Assembly: GCF_964355755.1 (NCBI RefSeq) | Contig: NC_092675.1 | Span: 29,670,912-29,734,911, forward strand | DNA length: 64,000 nt | Origin: Antedon mediterranea | Taxonomy: Eukaryota > Animalia > Echinodermata | Direction of reading: 5' to 3' | Shown: one piece after another, positions 1 to 13,316 of the stretch | How positions within the stretch are numbered: position 1 is the stretch's first letter | How the letters are laid out: each line of letters begins with the position of its first letter | Notes under the pieces: model-generated | The model's input: the letters and a program-made list of their open reading frames with translations, nothing else | The model's database searches: none | Told to the model about the DNA's origin: nothing | Translations under genes and position numbers: made by a program

Positions 1-582
1 CTACGTTAGACCTAGATTAAATAGATACCGTACACTACAAACAAGACAAAAGTACAAACAAGTTCGGTAGGGCCGCGCCTGCGTTGCTTTGACGCGGCGG
101 ATTCACTATGCGCCGCGATTTCCTGCGCTCGCCGCCATTTCCCGCGCCCGCACAAAGTCGAAGCCGCAATACCATGGACAAGTTTATAGTTTAGAATTAA
201 ACTGCTATCGAATAAGGACCGGCACAAGAAACTTAACAAGTTGTGGCTGTTCCAGAAGTACTCAAACCGACCCTATATTTGAATTTTTTCGAAACAAAAT
301 ACAGATTATTTGCATTGAACGCTGAAAAGCGGGGAAAAAAAGAAAAAAAATCGATAAAGAAAAACAAAGGACGATACAATCTATGATAACTAAAACTTAA
401 CTTATAGGAGCCACCACCCGATCTCAGTCTCTGGACCCACTTGCGTTGATAATGAATTCATCGTATTGATTGAGGTTAGTATGCCTACATTTAGGGCATA
501 TCATTTATTTTCAAATTGCCATCCTTTAATAAGTAGCAGTACAAATGGGGATAACATGGCGACCGTTGCTATTGCCGTTGAC

Positions 583-853
583 ATCATCATCATCATCATC
601 ATTATCATTGTCTCATTCTTTAGGTAGGCCGTCTATCATTACGTGTCAACATCATTAGGTCCGTTATTTTCATCATCATAATCATCACCATCGTCGTCAT
701 CATCATCATAATCATCGTCGTCATTATCATAATCATCGTCGTCGTCATCATCATCACCATGATCATCATATATTATCATAACCATCGTCGTCATCATCTT
801 CATCGTCGTCATCATCATCATAATCATCGTCGTTATCGTCGTCGTCGTCGTCG

Positions 854-896
<43 letters not shown>

Positions 897-925
897 TATC
901 TTCAATAATCAACATGATAATCGTA
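583..925. repeat. (ATC/GTC)n trinucleotide microsatellite
   Basis: Long imperfect catcatcat/cgtcgtcgt run; it explains the poly-M/T/D ORF 639..905. Confidence 0.95.
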
Positions 926-2220
926 TTATTCATGTTTTATTTAGGGCTGCTGCGCCATAAATGGCATGCAGGCTCCTGGAAATTTAGCCTTGCGCGGTCC
1001 TGACATGATATGCGGTGACCTTCTTTGTTCGCTTTACCATGGGTTTCCCCAACTGTTGTCATAGAATGGATTCTCTGTGATTGTAAACCAAAATGATTTA
1101 TTGATTTGTAATCAGGTTTGCGCTGATGTCACGCGTCGACCACCCGCGCTTGGACAGTGAACGTGTGAGTCACTGCGCTTAATTATCATGGTTACGAACC
1201 AAGCACTCGGTACCAAACTACAATAATTTATGATACAAAATGGCCACCATTAAGTTATTTAAAACGTTAAGGATATGGTCCTTGGCTTATCGTTCCGGGT
1301 AGGCCTACAGTTTAGATTACAGATAATAATCCAACATGAGGTCAAATTACATGCCCCCCCCCCACCCCCCACCACACCATGGAGTGTCCGCAATGCCGCC
1401 TCTCCGATGCGTTTTGTTGCGGTCACATCACTTACTAATAATATTCTTGTGTAGGAATTCGTGCTATTAATTGATTTATTTATATTTTATATAATAATAT
1501 GAAGGCCTACAGTGGGTTATTAATGTATGCGACATACAAATCTATACCGCTTTTGATCATGATTCATGGGCCGTGTTTGTTCGACAATGATCGGGTCAAT
1601 ACGCATTTCAGCATTTGTAGGCCTAATTATTATTTTGCGATGTGTAGAGCTGCTGCTTTGTTAAACAATATTCTGTAGGCACTAATTTATAACCCATTTT
1701 TTGTATTAACCACCCACGAAAAAAAACCCCAACAGGAAATGATGTGCTGTAGGCCCTACTCCATCCCAAAACGCATGTGCGCTCTACGCGAACTCGCGGG
1801 GAGTTGTTGGTTGGTCACAGCCTACATGAATTGTATATTAATAATTATGTTAGTTGAATAATATTTTTCTCAAAACAAAGTATCATGGAGGTTCGCGCTA
1901 AAGAACCAGAATTGTTTTACACTCGAACGGAGTGAGCTGTCGTGTTGCGGTATCGGAAAAATAACAATACAGTACATGGTCCATTGTTCTATCTGTGTAT
2001 GATGCTTATTGTGAAGAGTTGAGACATAACATAAAACTACCATAAATTTGTAGCGGATAATCATCAAATCATTAAGAAAATAACTATAATCTGGAAGCAT
2101 TATAAGCATTATCTAATTTGTAATTTGATAATGATTTAAGACAACAATATTGGGGGAGAAGTAGCTGGTGGCCTACGAAAATTTAAGCCAAAACTGAAAC
2201 CATTGTAAGAACAAAAGGCC

Positions 2221-2233
2221 AGCGCGCATGCGT
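2221..2233. promoter_or_regulatory. NRF1-like motif in CpG-rich region upstream of the SAMD1-like gene
   Basis: agcgcgcatgcgt about 160 bp upstream of the ATG resembles the NRF1 consensus GCGCATGCGC; motif match only. Confidence 0.35.
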
Positions 2234-2384
2234 AGGTTTATATCCTTTCATTCTGAGTTTTTACATGTGAATGAATAGAGCGAGGTGTACGTGTGAGGAG
2301 TTGTGACGCGACAAAGTTATACATACATATTCAGACGGCCATAATTGTAATATATTGTTAAATTTGGAACTGAAATTTCTATAG

Positions 2385-5300
2385 ATGTCTGAAATTAAGT
2401 ATCAAGATGATATCCTGGAAACGATTGATGCTCTCCGTCGCCGCAAGGCGCGGCCAGGCATTGAGCGAATATACCACATGCTACAACGAAAAAATGGCGT
2501 AACGTTAGAAGAAGTAGAGAGTGCGCTTGAACACCTTGTTGAAGCCGAAATTGTTATAAAGGTTGAATATAAAGGTAGTACAAGCTATCGCAATGCTGCA
2601 AAGTGGCGTAAAAGTCATGTAAGTGGTAATGTTTTGAATTCTACAGACGTAACAAGAACTTTAATTGCTGCTATAAAGTCAATTGGGGAAGAAAAAGAAG
2701 GAGCGACACCAGACGGCGCTTCGTTCCCCGACATTGAAAAGTTCCTAAACGCAAAAAGCCCGCAAAGTAAATTGACCAAACGTCGGCTGACTGATGCTCT
2801 CACAAGGGAAGTGGATATTGGACGAGTTGCTTTACACGATAATAAATACAGATTAGTTGCTAGAAATATTACTGAAGCTGGTTCATTTAGGCCACAGAAA
2901 CCAGCCAAACGCAAGGTAAGCGAATTCATGATATGATGACGATTATGAAGAATTCATTCATTGATTGAGACGGCGATAGATTTTTGTGGTTGACCTTGTG
3001 GTCAAAACCCAAAATGACCTACCTATTTCAATGTCCTGTATAACAAATAAGCTTAATTGTTTTATATACCAAGCGCTACCATACTTTTTTTGTTTTTAAG
3101 AACGGTACGAGACTAAAAAGTTTTTATTACTAATTAGAAATATTGTTAGTTAAATTCTATATTCATTTAGGAATCTTCCAAATAATAATATAGTACTCGT
3201 ATTACAAATTATATGTGTTTGAAACACTTACCCTATTTAAAGATATCTGGTATATTAAACAATTAAATATGTTTAACTTTTAACCAGTTTCTTTCTATTT
3301 TATATTAAAAGCGGATCAAGAAAACTCATGGACCGGATTTTCATCATGAACCAATTGGTCGAATGGGCGACCCTAGATGTGATTACTGCACTCTGACAGC
3401 TAGATGTAATCGCTACGGACTGAAAGAAGATTTGTTGATATGTAAAGATTGTAATGCCAAAGGTATATAGCCATGGTCTCTCCCTCATTTACTCACAATT
3501 CACAATAACACAATATTTAATAGTATACTAAAAGAAGAGAGTGTTTGTCAGTTTGGTAACTATTTAAATGTACGGTACCACAACATTCAACAAGAATTGC
3601 GTACAACTCCGGTGGGGCATTCCCTCTATTTTAATAGTGACGCACAAAAGCGTGATCAACAATCAAAGTGACCCCCACAGGTGAGGTATAAAAGGACAAA
3701 AAACAGGATGAACCCTGTTTGTCCCCCCGGAAGCACTATAGGCATCAATTGGTTATTTTAGAAGGTTTTGTTTAATTCTTGGTTGTTAATACTTTTTTTA
3801 GCTCATTAATTACACAACTGTTTATCAATGTTCATTCCGCCGTTAAGTGTTGTTTTTCCATTGAGTACATTTTGTTAATAAAGTTTTTCAAACGTTAAGT
3901 TGGTACTCAATGAACAAGCTTGCGTTGTTTAACGTTTACCAGTTGGGTAAGAAAAAGATTTTCTGTTTTGCACAAAGGCTTCTAAATCAAATACACTAAA
4001 TCTCTATCTACATTTTGATTTTGTCTATAACTTTGTTCCATCCACACAGTTCACAGCGCATCCAGTTCAATTTGTTTTGTGTGTTTGTTGATAGCAAGGT
4101 TACGTTAAATTGACAGAAATTATTGCTCTGTCTACACTATCAAACTTTATGTGACAAATGTGATGTGCCCATATATGGACATGATGATGTCATATCACTA
4201 CCATATTTGGGTACGTCACTCACAATTTGTTTTTCATACAAGCTTGATAGTGTAGACAGAGCTTTACAAAAACTAAAAAGCCAGGAAACGTAGTAGCGAG
4301 TCAGTGAAGGTGACTCAACCAGTGCGCAATCTGACTAAACTAAATTGTGTATTATAGATTTTAATTTTTAAAACAAATATATTTGTTTGTAGCACTGTAT
4401 ACAGTAAGGGAACAATGTCACAAAATTTATTTAAAACCCTTCAAAACAGGCCCCTCTTTTATCCACCCAAAAAAGCTGTCAAGATTTTAGTAAATAGTAT
4501 ACAAATAATGAATGTTTATGAGTTGGATGGTAAGATTATTTCATGAGTTGAAATATGACTGCTCTATTTTTTATCAAATGAAATAAGGTAATGATGCAAC
4601 TTTGTATGATGTTTAGCCATCAACGGGTCTACACATCATAAAGGCCTGTCTACACTTGAAAAAAACGAGATGTTCATCTGGATTCCTTAATCCACTAACA
4701 ATTAGTTGTTGAGATAGACTATACATTGAAAAAAAAAATGTATAACATTTTTATTTTATTATTTTTCAGCGCATCCGTCATGCATGAATTATTCAACAGA
4801 GTTAGCAGAGCGATCACGACGATCACCATGGCAATGCATTGACTGCAAAACATGTACAATGTGTGATGACGCTGGTAACGCGGTATGTGCTGATTTTGAC
4901 GTATTTGTGATAAATTTGCTTTTTTAGAACCAGAGTCAGTGGGGGTTTTACAGGGCTGTAGCCACTAGTACGGTTGGTAAGGTTTCAACCTGACCACATT
5001 TTCACAGAGGCCTTTGACAATCCAGTTGCTTGAACAGAGATTGTTTCCTTTTCGTGCGAAAACCGGACCACTTTATTTCTTGTGGCTGCATCACTATGAT
5101 ACGTCTAGTTACTACTCAATAGTTAAGAAGGCGGGATGTGGTTTGGAGTTGTTCTAGATCTAGGGGATGGGGAAGGGAGATGAGACGAAACCTTGGAATG
5201 TTGTTGGGTGGGACGACTATCTGGATCTTAAAGCACTGCACACACTACCTACCTAACTATACAACGTAGTGAGTTTTAGTAGTACCTTTTAACAGACGTA

Positions 5301-7928
5301 ATGAAAGGTTTGATATATTATCTTAAAGGATTGTTTTATTTAATTGTAAAAAAACTAACATTTCTGATGTTTCATCTTAGGACACTCTGTTATTCTGTGA
5401 TGCTTGTGATAAGGGTTATCATATGGTGTGTCATAGCCCACCAGTTCTCAAGAAACCCCTTGGTAAGCAGTGTTTAAAATCATTTAGATGGTGGTTAGCC
5501 TTGATTAGCTATATTGTTATTAGTTACTGCTATTGGATTTCATGCAGATTTTTTCATATGCAATAAGATTTTTCGTACACAAAAAAATAATACATAGTTT
5601 TGCATGCCATGTAACTCACAATCATCCAATCGGGAATATATTTAGGTGTTATATAAATTGCCTTAGTTATACATATTAGATACTAACAACTTTTGATATT
5701 TTCAAAGCATTAATGCTTTGTTCCTACTAGAGATGCAACACAAGTTAGTTGACCAATCACAAGCGATAAATTATTCAAACTGTTGCTTGTCATTGGTCAA
5801 CATGCTTGCGTTGATGTCCTTGTGTAACATCCTAGGGGGAATCAAGCTTTACATTGTATATACTTTTAGTTTAGGATTGTTCCATTCTCTTTTAGGTAAA
5901 TGGGTTTGTGAAGTTTGCATCCAAGACGATGATCTGATTCTTGACAGAGATTCCAGCAGTAGTGAGAGGATGGATGATGATCTTCATTCTACAGGTAGGT
6001 CATGTGACCTGCACTGTAGGTCATGTGATGCTTACATATAGAGTACACTGTAAACCTTTACGTCTAAAGCCCAGTTTACACTATCAAACTTAATTTGACA
6101 AATGTGATGTCATATCACTACCATATTTGGGCACATCACACTTTTTTTGTCAAACTAATTTGATAGTGTAGACAGCACTAAATCTATATGTCTATCTAAA
6201 CTCTTAGGACACTTTGTAGGGCAACAAAACTCGTAATAAAAAAACGAAGAGTCTAGTGGAGGTCTGTCTATTATGTTATTACCAGCAACTAATAAACATC
6301 CGTGAGGCAAATATAATGTTTATTGTGTTTCAAAGATAAATATTTGTATTGTAAATTATTTGTTGTTTTTATTTACACAGATATGGATTCTGTTGCAACC
6401 TCACCAGAACCAATGCTAACAGATGACTCCATGAATCATATGCAAGATGAAAGGTAACTCATGCATTGTCGTATTTTTAATAGCATGCACGTTTAATGTG
6501 TGTGTTTATATTAAAGTCACAGATTCTGTTGATTGAATAATTTATGTCCTACTATATACAATTGTTTGTGTCAGTCTATGATCAAAGACCACACACTATT
6601 TCTCAAGCCTCCACCCCTCTAAAAAAGCGCATCCCTCTAGGCAATAGTGAGAAAAGATGATTTATTTAAATTTTAAAAAAATCTACCATTGGGAACGATA
6701 TGCTAACGACAGCCTTGTAAAACTCATTAGGAGTAATCTTTTTATATATTGTTATACAGAAAATATTATACTAACTATCCTAACTTATTTTTTATTTATA
6801 TAATGTATTTACTGTAATTATTTATGCCTGAAATAAAAAAATTTAAAAATTCCATTCTTTTTGTAGTACACCAAAAAAGAATGTTGATGCGATATGTGCT
6901 TGCATAGAGACGGGTGTTGAGTTTCCACTAGTTGAGATTCACCCAGAAGAATGGGATATCAACCAAGTTGTCAACTACTTCCATGAAAATGGCTTCATTG
7001 ACCAAGCTCCTGCCTTTCAGGAACAGGTTTGTAGAAATTACTCCGTTGTTACATCACAGTGGAGTGGACTGTGGAGTGGGTTTGTTGGTTATGATGCTCG
7101 GCTACCAATACAAGGGTCCTGGGTTCAAGTCCTGTCATGTCAGGATTTGTTTAACTTCACTCCCAAAGACTTGTAATAAGACTTTGTTTATGTAGAGCAT
7201 CTTGTGAACAGGATTGCCACCTTTAAGAAGTGAATGAATCCTTGGCAATTTGCCTAAATATATACAAAAAACAAACATCAAGCAATAATGTATAACAGAG
7301 GAATGAAAAAAGTAGTTCAGGTTTCTTTACCAAAAGCATATACAATAATACAGAGATTTTGATTTGCTACAACTTCCCATTTGCTGTAATTTGTCTTTTC
7401 CTGGACCAATGATATTGAGGAATCACGTTTCACAGTGTTGCTGCATGCACACAATGAATTAATTAATTTGACATCATTATACCCTAGTTCATGCCTATTG
7501 AAAATTGCTAGTATGTTTCCTGTTCCCAAAGAATATCTCTTTACTATACATACTACCATGTTATAGTTAGGAAGGCCACTTGACCACTTGACTACTTGAC
7601 TGCACAAATCTTCAAAATGAATACCATACTTATAAGTATCTGTTTTTTTCAATTGTTTATTGAAATTGAATACAGAAAAATTGCCTACGATTGTAAACAC
7701 ATTGCAAAGTTCAAGAGTTGATAGTACTGTAGTTTGTTTTGTGGTTGTATGTTAGGTTTGAAAACATTAACTGTTTTTTCCTCTTCTCAGGAGATTGATG
7801 GAAAATCACTTTTGTTGTTGAAACGCAGCGATGTGCTGACTGGTCTTGCTTTGAAACTAGGCCCAGCTTTAAAAATTTATCAACACATTGCAAAGTTACA
7901 AACAGAACCAAATCTACCAGGACAGTAG
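2385..7928 (+). CDS. SAMD1: SAMD1-like protein: SAMD1-type winged helix + H15-like winged helix + double PHD finger + C-terminal SAM domain (~448 aa, 8 exons)
   Basis: Exons 2385-2915, 3312-3462, 4770-4882, 5381-5462, 5896-5994, 6381-6453, 6867-7026, 7791-7928, all GT-AG and phase-consistent. N-terminus [15 protein letters not shown]...[13 protein letters not shown] matches the SAMD1 WH. CDYC...[15 protein letters not shown]...[12 protein letters not shown]...[19 protein letters not shown]...GKWVCEVC is a double PHD. W..NQVVNYF...[34 protein letters not shown] matches the SAMD1 SAM. Confidence 0.9.
4125..4263. mobile_element. Harbinger/Tourist-like MITE, family A
   Basis: TIR gctctgtctacactatcaa...ttgatagtgtagacagagc; shared core tgtgatgtgcccatatatggacatgatgatgtcatatcactaccatatttgg. 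Confidence 0.85.
6068..6179. mobile_element. Harbinger-like MITE family A (internally deleted)
   Basis: Same TIRs and core as 4125-4263. Confidence 0.8.
7060..7262 (+). mobile_element. tRNA-derived SINE-like remnant
   Basis: B-box gggttcaagtcc with a degenerate upstream A-box-like segment; no tRNA cloverleaf; followed by an A-rich tail. Confidence 0.45.
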
Positions 7929-8045
7929 AACCAAAGGAAAAGAAAAAAAGTGTTTATTGTTTTATTTAATTTTGTTCAGTGCTGTAACGGTACATGGTAA
8001 AATGAGAGTGAAAATGTAGTAAATAACGAACATGATGTTTAATGG

Positions 8046-8113
8046 TGCATAACGGTACGTGCATAACGGTACGTGCATAACGGTACGTGCATAACGGTAC
8101 GTGCATAACGGTA
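8046..8113. repeat. 14-bp tandem repeat (gcataacggtacgt) x~5
   Basis: Direct reading; lies in the 3' UTR region of the SAMD1-like gene. Confidence 0.9.
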
Positions 8114-9727
8114 TAATTCTGAATATTATTTGTTTCTGCAACAATCTATTGATTTTATTTAAATTATTTTCCTCATCAAAATGAGCAGACATAAATTGAA
8201 ATTGATAAATTTGTTATTCTTAGATTTATTTGAAACTAGAAAAATTGGATGAAATGGCATTATGAATGTATTCTATTATGATTTGAAACACTAATAATAC
8301 AATTAAAAACGATAAAATCTCCGAAATGTTCTGTACCAATAAAGCAAGAGTATTCAAGCTGTTTAATACTATACTGTTCTACTAGTTGTTGGAAATATTT
8401 AAGTTGCTTTAGTATAAAATATTTTTATTTTAGAAAATTGTCATACTATGCAAAATTGTGAACTGAATTCTTTTATAATATCAATTATGTCCAACAAAAA
8501 TTGTATATTATGTTATCGTTTCCATAGAAATGTCTTGTAAATGTAAATGTACACGCTGCAGTGTTGTAATAGCTGTCATAATAATACAACATTGTTGTAA
8601 AAGAAAGCAAGCTAAAAAAACGGTTTAAAATGTTTTCATTCACAGCAATCTTGATGGCGTTTTTTTGTGTTTTTCTCGTTTACTGTTTTGTTCAATGTAA
8701 TGCCGCCAAAGGCCGATATGCAATGTATATAGTATCTTAAGTCTTACAGTAACGCCTTTAATTTAAAATGTGTTCAATGCTGTTTTGGAAAATACATTGA
8801 TAATATGTTTTCCAAAGTTGAACTGATCTTTTGTATTATATTATTTAGAGTAAGACTCTAATTGGTAATTACTAGAATGAGATAAAAATAAAATTCATGA
8901 CCATAAATAAGAAATTCAATGATACTCGATTATGGCTGTTTCAAACAATATTTTTCATAATCTATATGAATAGGAACATTTTTTTTCATTAATATAAAAA
9001 ATATTAAATTTATTAATATTTTTATATTCAATTCACTATTTTCATTATTATTTGTAGATAAACTATTTCTGATCAGTAGCCTATAGAGGGCAGTATCCAT
9101 AATATGTATAGTAGTGCAGAATACAATTTTGTCTGCGACAACTTTTGTTAAGAATTTACAGTAGTTTGAAACTAATATGTGTGGTGCACACACGTAGCAA
9201 TATTTAAACTGAAGCCTACAAGAAGCAAACCCTATTTTCCACATAACTTAATGCTGCACTTTATTTCACTCAATATTATCTCAATTTAATTAAATTTCAT
9301 TTTGTCTATTGGTTAAAATATGGATAGCAATTAATATTATGTTGCGATTTTTGTACATATTATAAAGTAGTTTTGTTAAGTAAGATTGAGTGTAAGATAT
9401 TAAAACATGGATGCAATTTGATTTGGTTAAATAAAAGCAACACAAAGCAATGTAAATATTTTTATTTTTATGTATTATATTTTTTTAATTTCATTTTTGT
9501 TTATAATAACAAAACAGACAATCTGAATATGAGTGTATTCTGCGATAATAGATGGAATTTTGACTTAATATTAGCCCAGAATATTACTTAAAAGATAGAT
9601 ATTTTGGCAAATATGGCAACTTGAGCTCATAAAGTCTGTATTTTCAGAAAAAAATTGAAACGCCGACTGATGGACTAACATAAAAAGACAATAGAGACAT
9701 GTCTGCCTGCCAGTAGTTCAGACGTTC

Positions 9728-9847
9728 AGTCTAAATACTGCCTGCCTAAAGTAGTTAGGATGTGGTAAAGTCTAAATACTGCCTGCCTGAAGTAGTTAGG
9801 ATGTGGTCAAGTCTAAATACTGCCTGCCTGAAGTAGTTAGAATGTGA
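9728..9847. repeat. ~41-bp tandem repeat x3
   Basis: agtctaaatactgcctgcctgaagtagttaggatgtggt.. repeated three times. Confidence 0.85.
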
Positions 9848-10198
9848 TCATAATATTTGCAAATATCTTTTGAATGTGATTTTATTTTACTTATTGGTAA
9901 TTGTAGCTTTTTGATTGGTAATTATTTTTGTCCTGATAAAGTTCTCTTTGTGTACAAACAGGAGCTGTCCTCCTGAATTATATCTGCTGTTTTCTCTCTT
10001 TTGGCAGAACAAAACGACAACAGGATTACAGTTGCAGATTTAAAATCATTTATTGTGATCTTGCAATTAAACACTGGAAATATATGCGTGTGTAAAAAAC
10101 ACCTGTAACTTATCGCGATTAAAAGGTAATGCTATTTATTTATTCTTAAGTAATAAGGGGCTAAATATTTCTATAACAAAAGTCAAACTTATATCTAA

Positions 10199-10353
10199 AG
10201 CCTTGTCTACACTATCAAACCAGTTTGACAAAAAAAATGTGATGTGCCCATATATGAACATTATGTCATCACTACCATATTTAAGCATGGCAATACCATA
10301 TATAGGCACATCACTTTTGTTGACACATAGAGTTTGATAGTGTAGACAGAGCT
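10199..10353. mobile_element. Harbinger-like MITE family A
   Basis: agccttgtctacactatcaaac...gtttgatagtgtagacagagct with the family core. Confidence 0.85.
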
Positions 10354-13316
10354 TCATACAATATCAGCCATCAAATGTCATCATTTTATTATTTTTGATA
10401 TATCTCTTTGAAATTGTACAATTCTATTTGGGCAACATGACAGCATACATGATGCACTATTTCACTTTGGTTCAACATTGCTTTAATAATCGTGTCAAGT
10501 ACAGAACAAAGGATCTTTTCTGTCTCCAGCACTCAACAGCCGTAAAGAACTTCATAACATCATTATCATTTTTAGTAACACTTTTTAGAAATGTTAATTT
10601 CTATATCTGTAAAAAATTGAAACCTTTCTATTGTAGTGAGCCCTCTATAGTCTCTACAGTAGTAAAGAAGTCAAATCTTGTTGTTTCTTACGTAAACTAT
10701 GATTATAGAGAACTATAAATGCAGTCAATTTATATTTACAAATTTTATAATACAGAGTACTATCTAAAATAAATATGCTAGATAGTAAAGACTGAAATTA
10801 AATATAGTTTTAAATTAAAAATAGAACAGCTACGTGTCGCTGTAAAACTTAATTTAGTACTTTATTTTAGACTTGTTTTAGTAAAGTATCTTTCAAATGC
10901 TCTTCCAATGTATTATGGCACATCCTAGACTAAAACGTTAAGCATTGCATGGTATAATCATGGAGTACCTCCATGGTATAATCATAGTAATCATTATGAT
11001 AGAAATGGTAATGGTGATAAATACAAAGATAAAAGGTTGGTTTGACTAATTACTAAAGTAAACTGAATTTCTAAAATACCCTGTTTTATTCAATAAAATC
11101 ATCAATTTCGTTCATCATTTAATGGTCTTTTTTCCAATTAACTTCATAAAAATGTAAACTTAAAAAAAGAATACATATAACTTAAACTATTAATCATAAT
11201 AAATACAAACTAGACGGTGTATCTATCACATCATAATGGAATAGTACAACAAATTCATGAATACAACATAACACGTGAAATTGTTTTTATCTTAATCATA
11301 AAAAATAATTCCTATGATACTGTTGTCACACATCATACATGTGACACGTGCCACATGCGTATCATGGAACTTTCCTAAGATACTTTAAACAAATTAAGAT
11401 TAAATTGCTATTATAAATAATAAATAGCTCATCTAGGAAAAAAAAACTATTTCTGAAATAAATGTCTATCCTCTGTAGCAATATATTATTAGATTGTCCA
11501 GATAAGTGACCTAAAATGACCATCATTAACGGTGGTTATTTTGTCACAATGACTCAATTCATACTGCTATCTATCTGCTGGCTTGGACAAAAACGAACAA
11601 ACGACTAAACATCACAATTGGTGTGTGTTAGTGATTATGGATGGATTGTTGACTATTTACACAAGGAAAACACGGGACGCACTATTACGCCAGAGTTCAA
11701 CGTTTACTTCCCTCATACAGTCAATCACAGCCTTTAAAGTTTATACACTCTTACTAACGTACTGGAATTACAAGCACACATGCGGTATTCAGTTGAGTAA
11801 ATACTGATATATTAGCACCATTCATTTTATAATAAAATATGTTGTTGAAGCTAAAATCTACGATAAAGTTCAACAGTATGATCAAGATTGCCTCATGAAT
11901 TGAATATCTCACACACAATAATATACTAACCAACAACAATTAAAGATCTTCTTCTTCTAGGTAAATTTTGATAATAATAATAACATAACAATTTGTAATA
12001 AGACAATGCTGAAATGTTAAAATAAATGACAATATAAATTAATTGATAGCTACAGTGTGCTCTATACCAGTCTTTAAAAACGTTTTCATAATTTTCCATT
12101 TTTATTGTTTATATTTGTAATTAGTAAGTGTTAACTGGACTTCAAGGAAGAACAATGTACAAATATTGAATGAATATCCAGAATAAAGAAAGATTTCTAT
12201 TTATCTATCTACCAGTAGGCCCACAGTTTTCACATCAGTAGGCCAACTGACAGGCTTTATAGTGTAACATTACAGCTATAATGTACAGTCATTAGTACAC
12301 AGAAGGCAACTTCTCACGCTCTTGTAAAAATACACACCAGTATATTTAGCTATTGTTTGTTTACTCATATTTTCAATGCTTACTCTATTACACATTTGAT
12401 AAAACTTGCTTAATCTACATAAATTGTAAATAGTTCATATGAACTAGTATTCCTGAGTATAAAACATTAACTAAAATAGTTTAAAACAAATTAAAAAATG
12501 ATTTAAAAAATGTCAAATTAACTAATAAATCAATTAAAAATTATATAACTATACCAAATATTAAATTTGATTTTTAATATTAATTTAAAAAGGATTAAAA
12601 GATAAATGATACATTTCAATCAATATTGTAATATTTTACCTTTTTAAATAATATTCAATCAATTAATTAATTAAAACCAACATCTTAACCCTGTAGTTTT
12701 AAAATGATAAAAATCACCTAATATCTAAAATTAGTAACTGTTATTAAAATAAGTGATTTGTCAGGTACGCTGACGGATCTTTTCTATATTTAACATCAAA
12801 CATCCAGCAACAAATTAAATTGTTGTCAATTACATAACAAGAACTAACACTAGTCCTTGTAAAAGTGTTGCGAGGCTTGGGTACTGGCGCTTTGAACCAA
12901 AGAACTTGGGATAGGTAAGCCAGCATGCCACCGTATCAAATTATACAAAATACAGCAAATAATATTAAGTAGAATTTTGAATAAGTAAAGCACCAGACTT
13001 ATAAATGCACCATTAGCTTTAGCTGCACTTAATCTATGGAATGATAAATCACCATTTTTTACTATTAAAATCAGTTGCATTACAACTATAAGGTACCATT
13101 CTTAATTTCTGTAATGCTATAATTAGTGACGGCAAGTTAAACATAACAAAAAAATGCCTCCTATATAAATCCTGCTCATTAGGAATGAATGGCTCATTAC
13201 GAAACAAAAGGTTTATCACGTACGCTCAACAATTGAGATGGCGTCGATTGAGTTTCAAAACATCAATAAGTAGCAGTCGAGTTATAGATCCCATTTTTGT
13301 CTTTAAAAACAGAATA

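Noticed and set aside
1-330. ORFs 12..239 and 89..325 in a CpG-rich patch with an E2F-like tttcccgcgc
   Set aside because: No recognisable protein; more likely promoter or 5' UTR sequence of a neighbouring gene that cannot be resolved in this window.
639-905. Poly-Met/Thr/Asp ORF
   Set aside because: Translation of an (ATC/GTC)n microsatellite; no splice or domain support.
9640-10030. Acceptor-like sites and short frames (e.g. KKLKRRLMD*) downstream of the SAMD1-like gene
   Set aside because: No matching donor, homology or phase evidence; may be UTR or intergenic.
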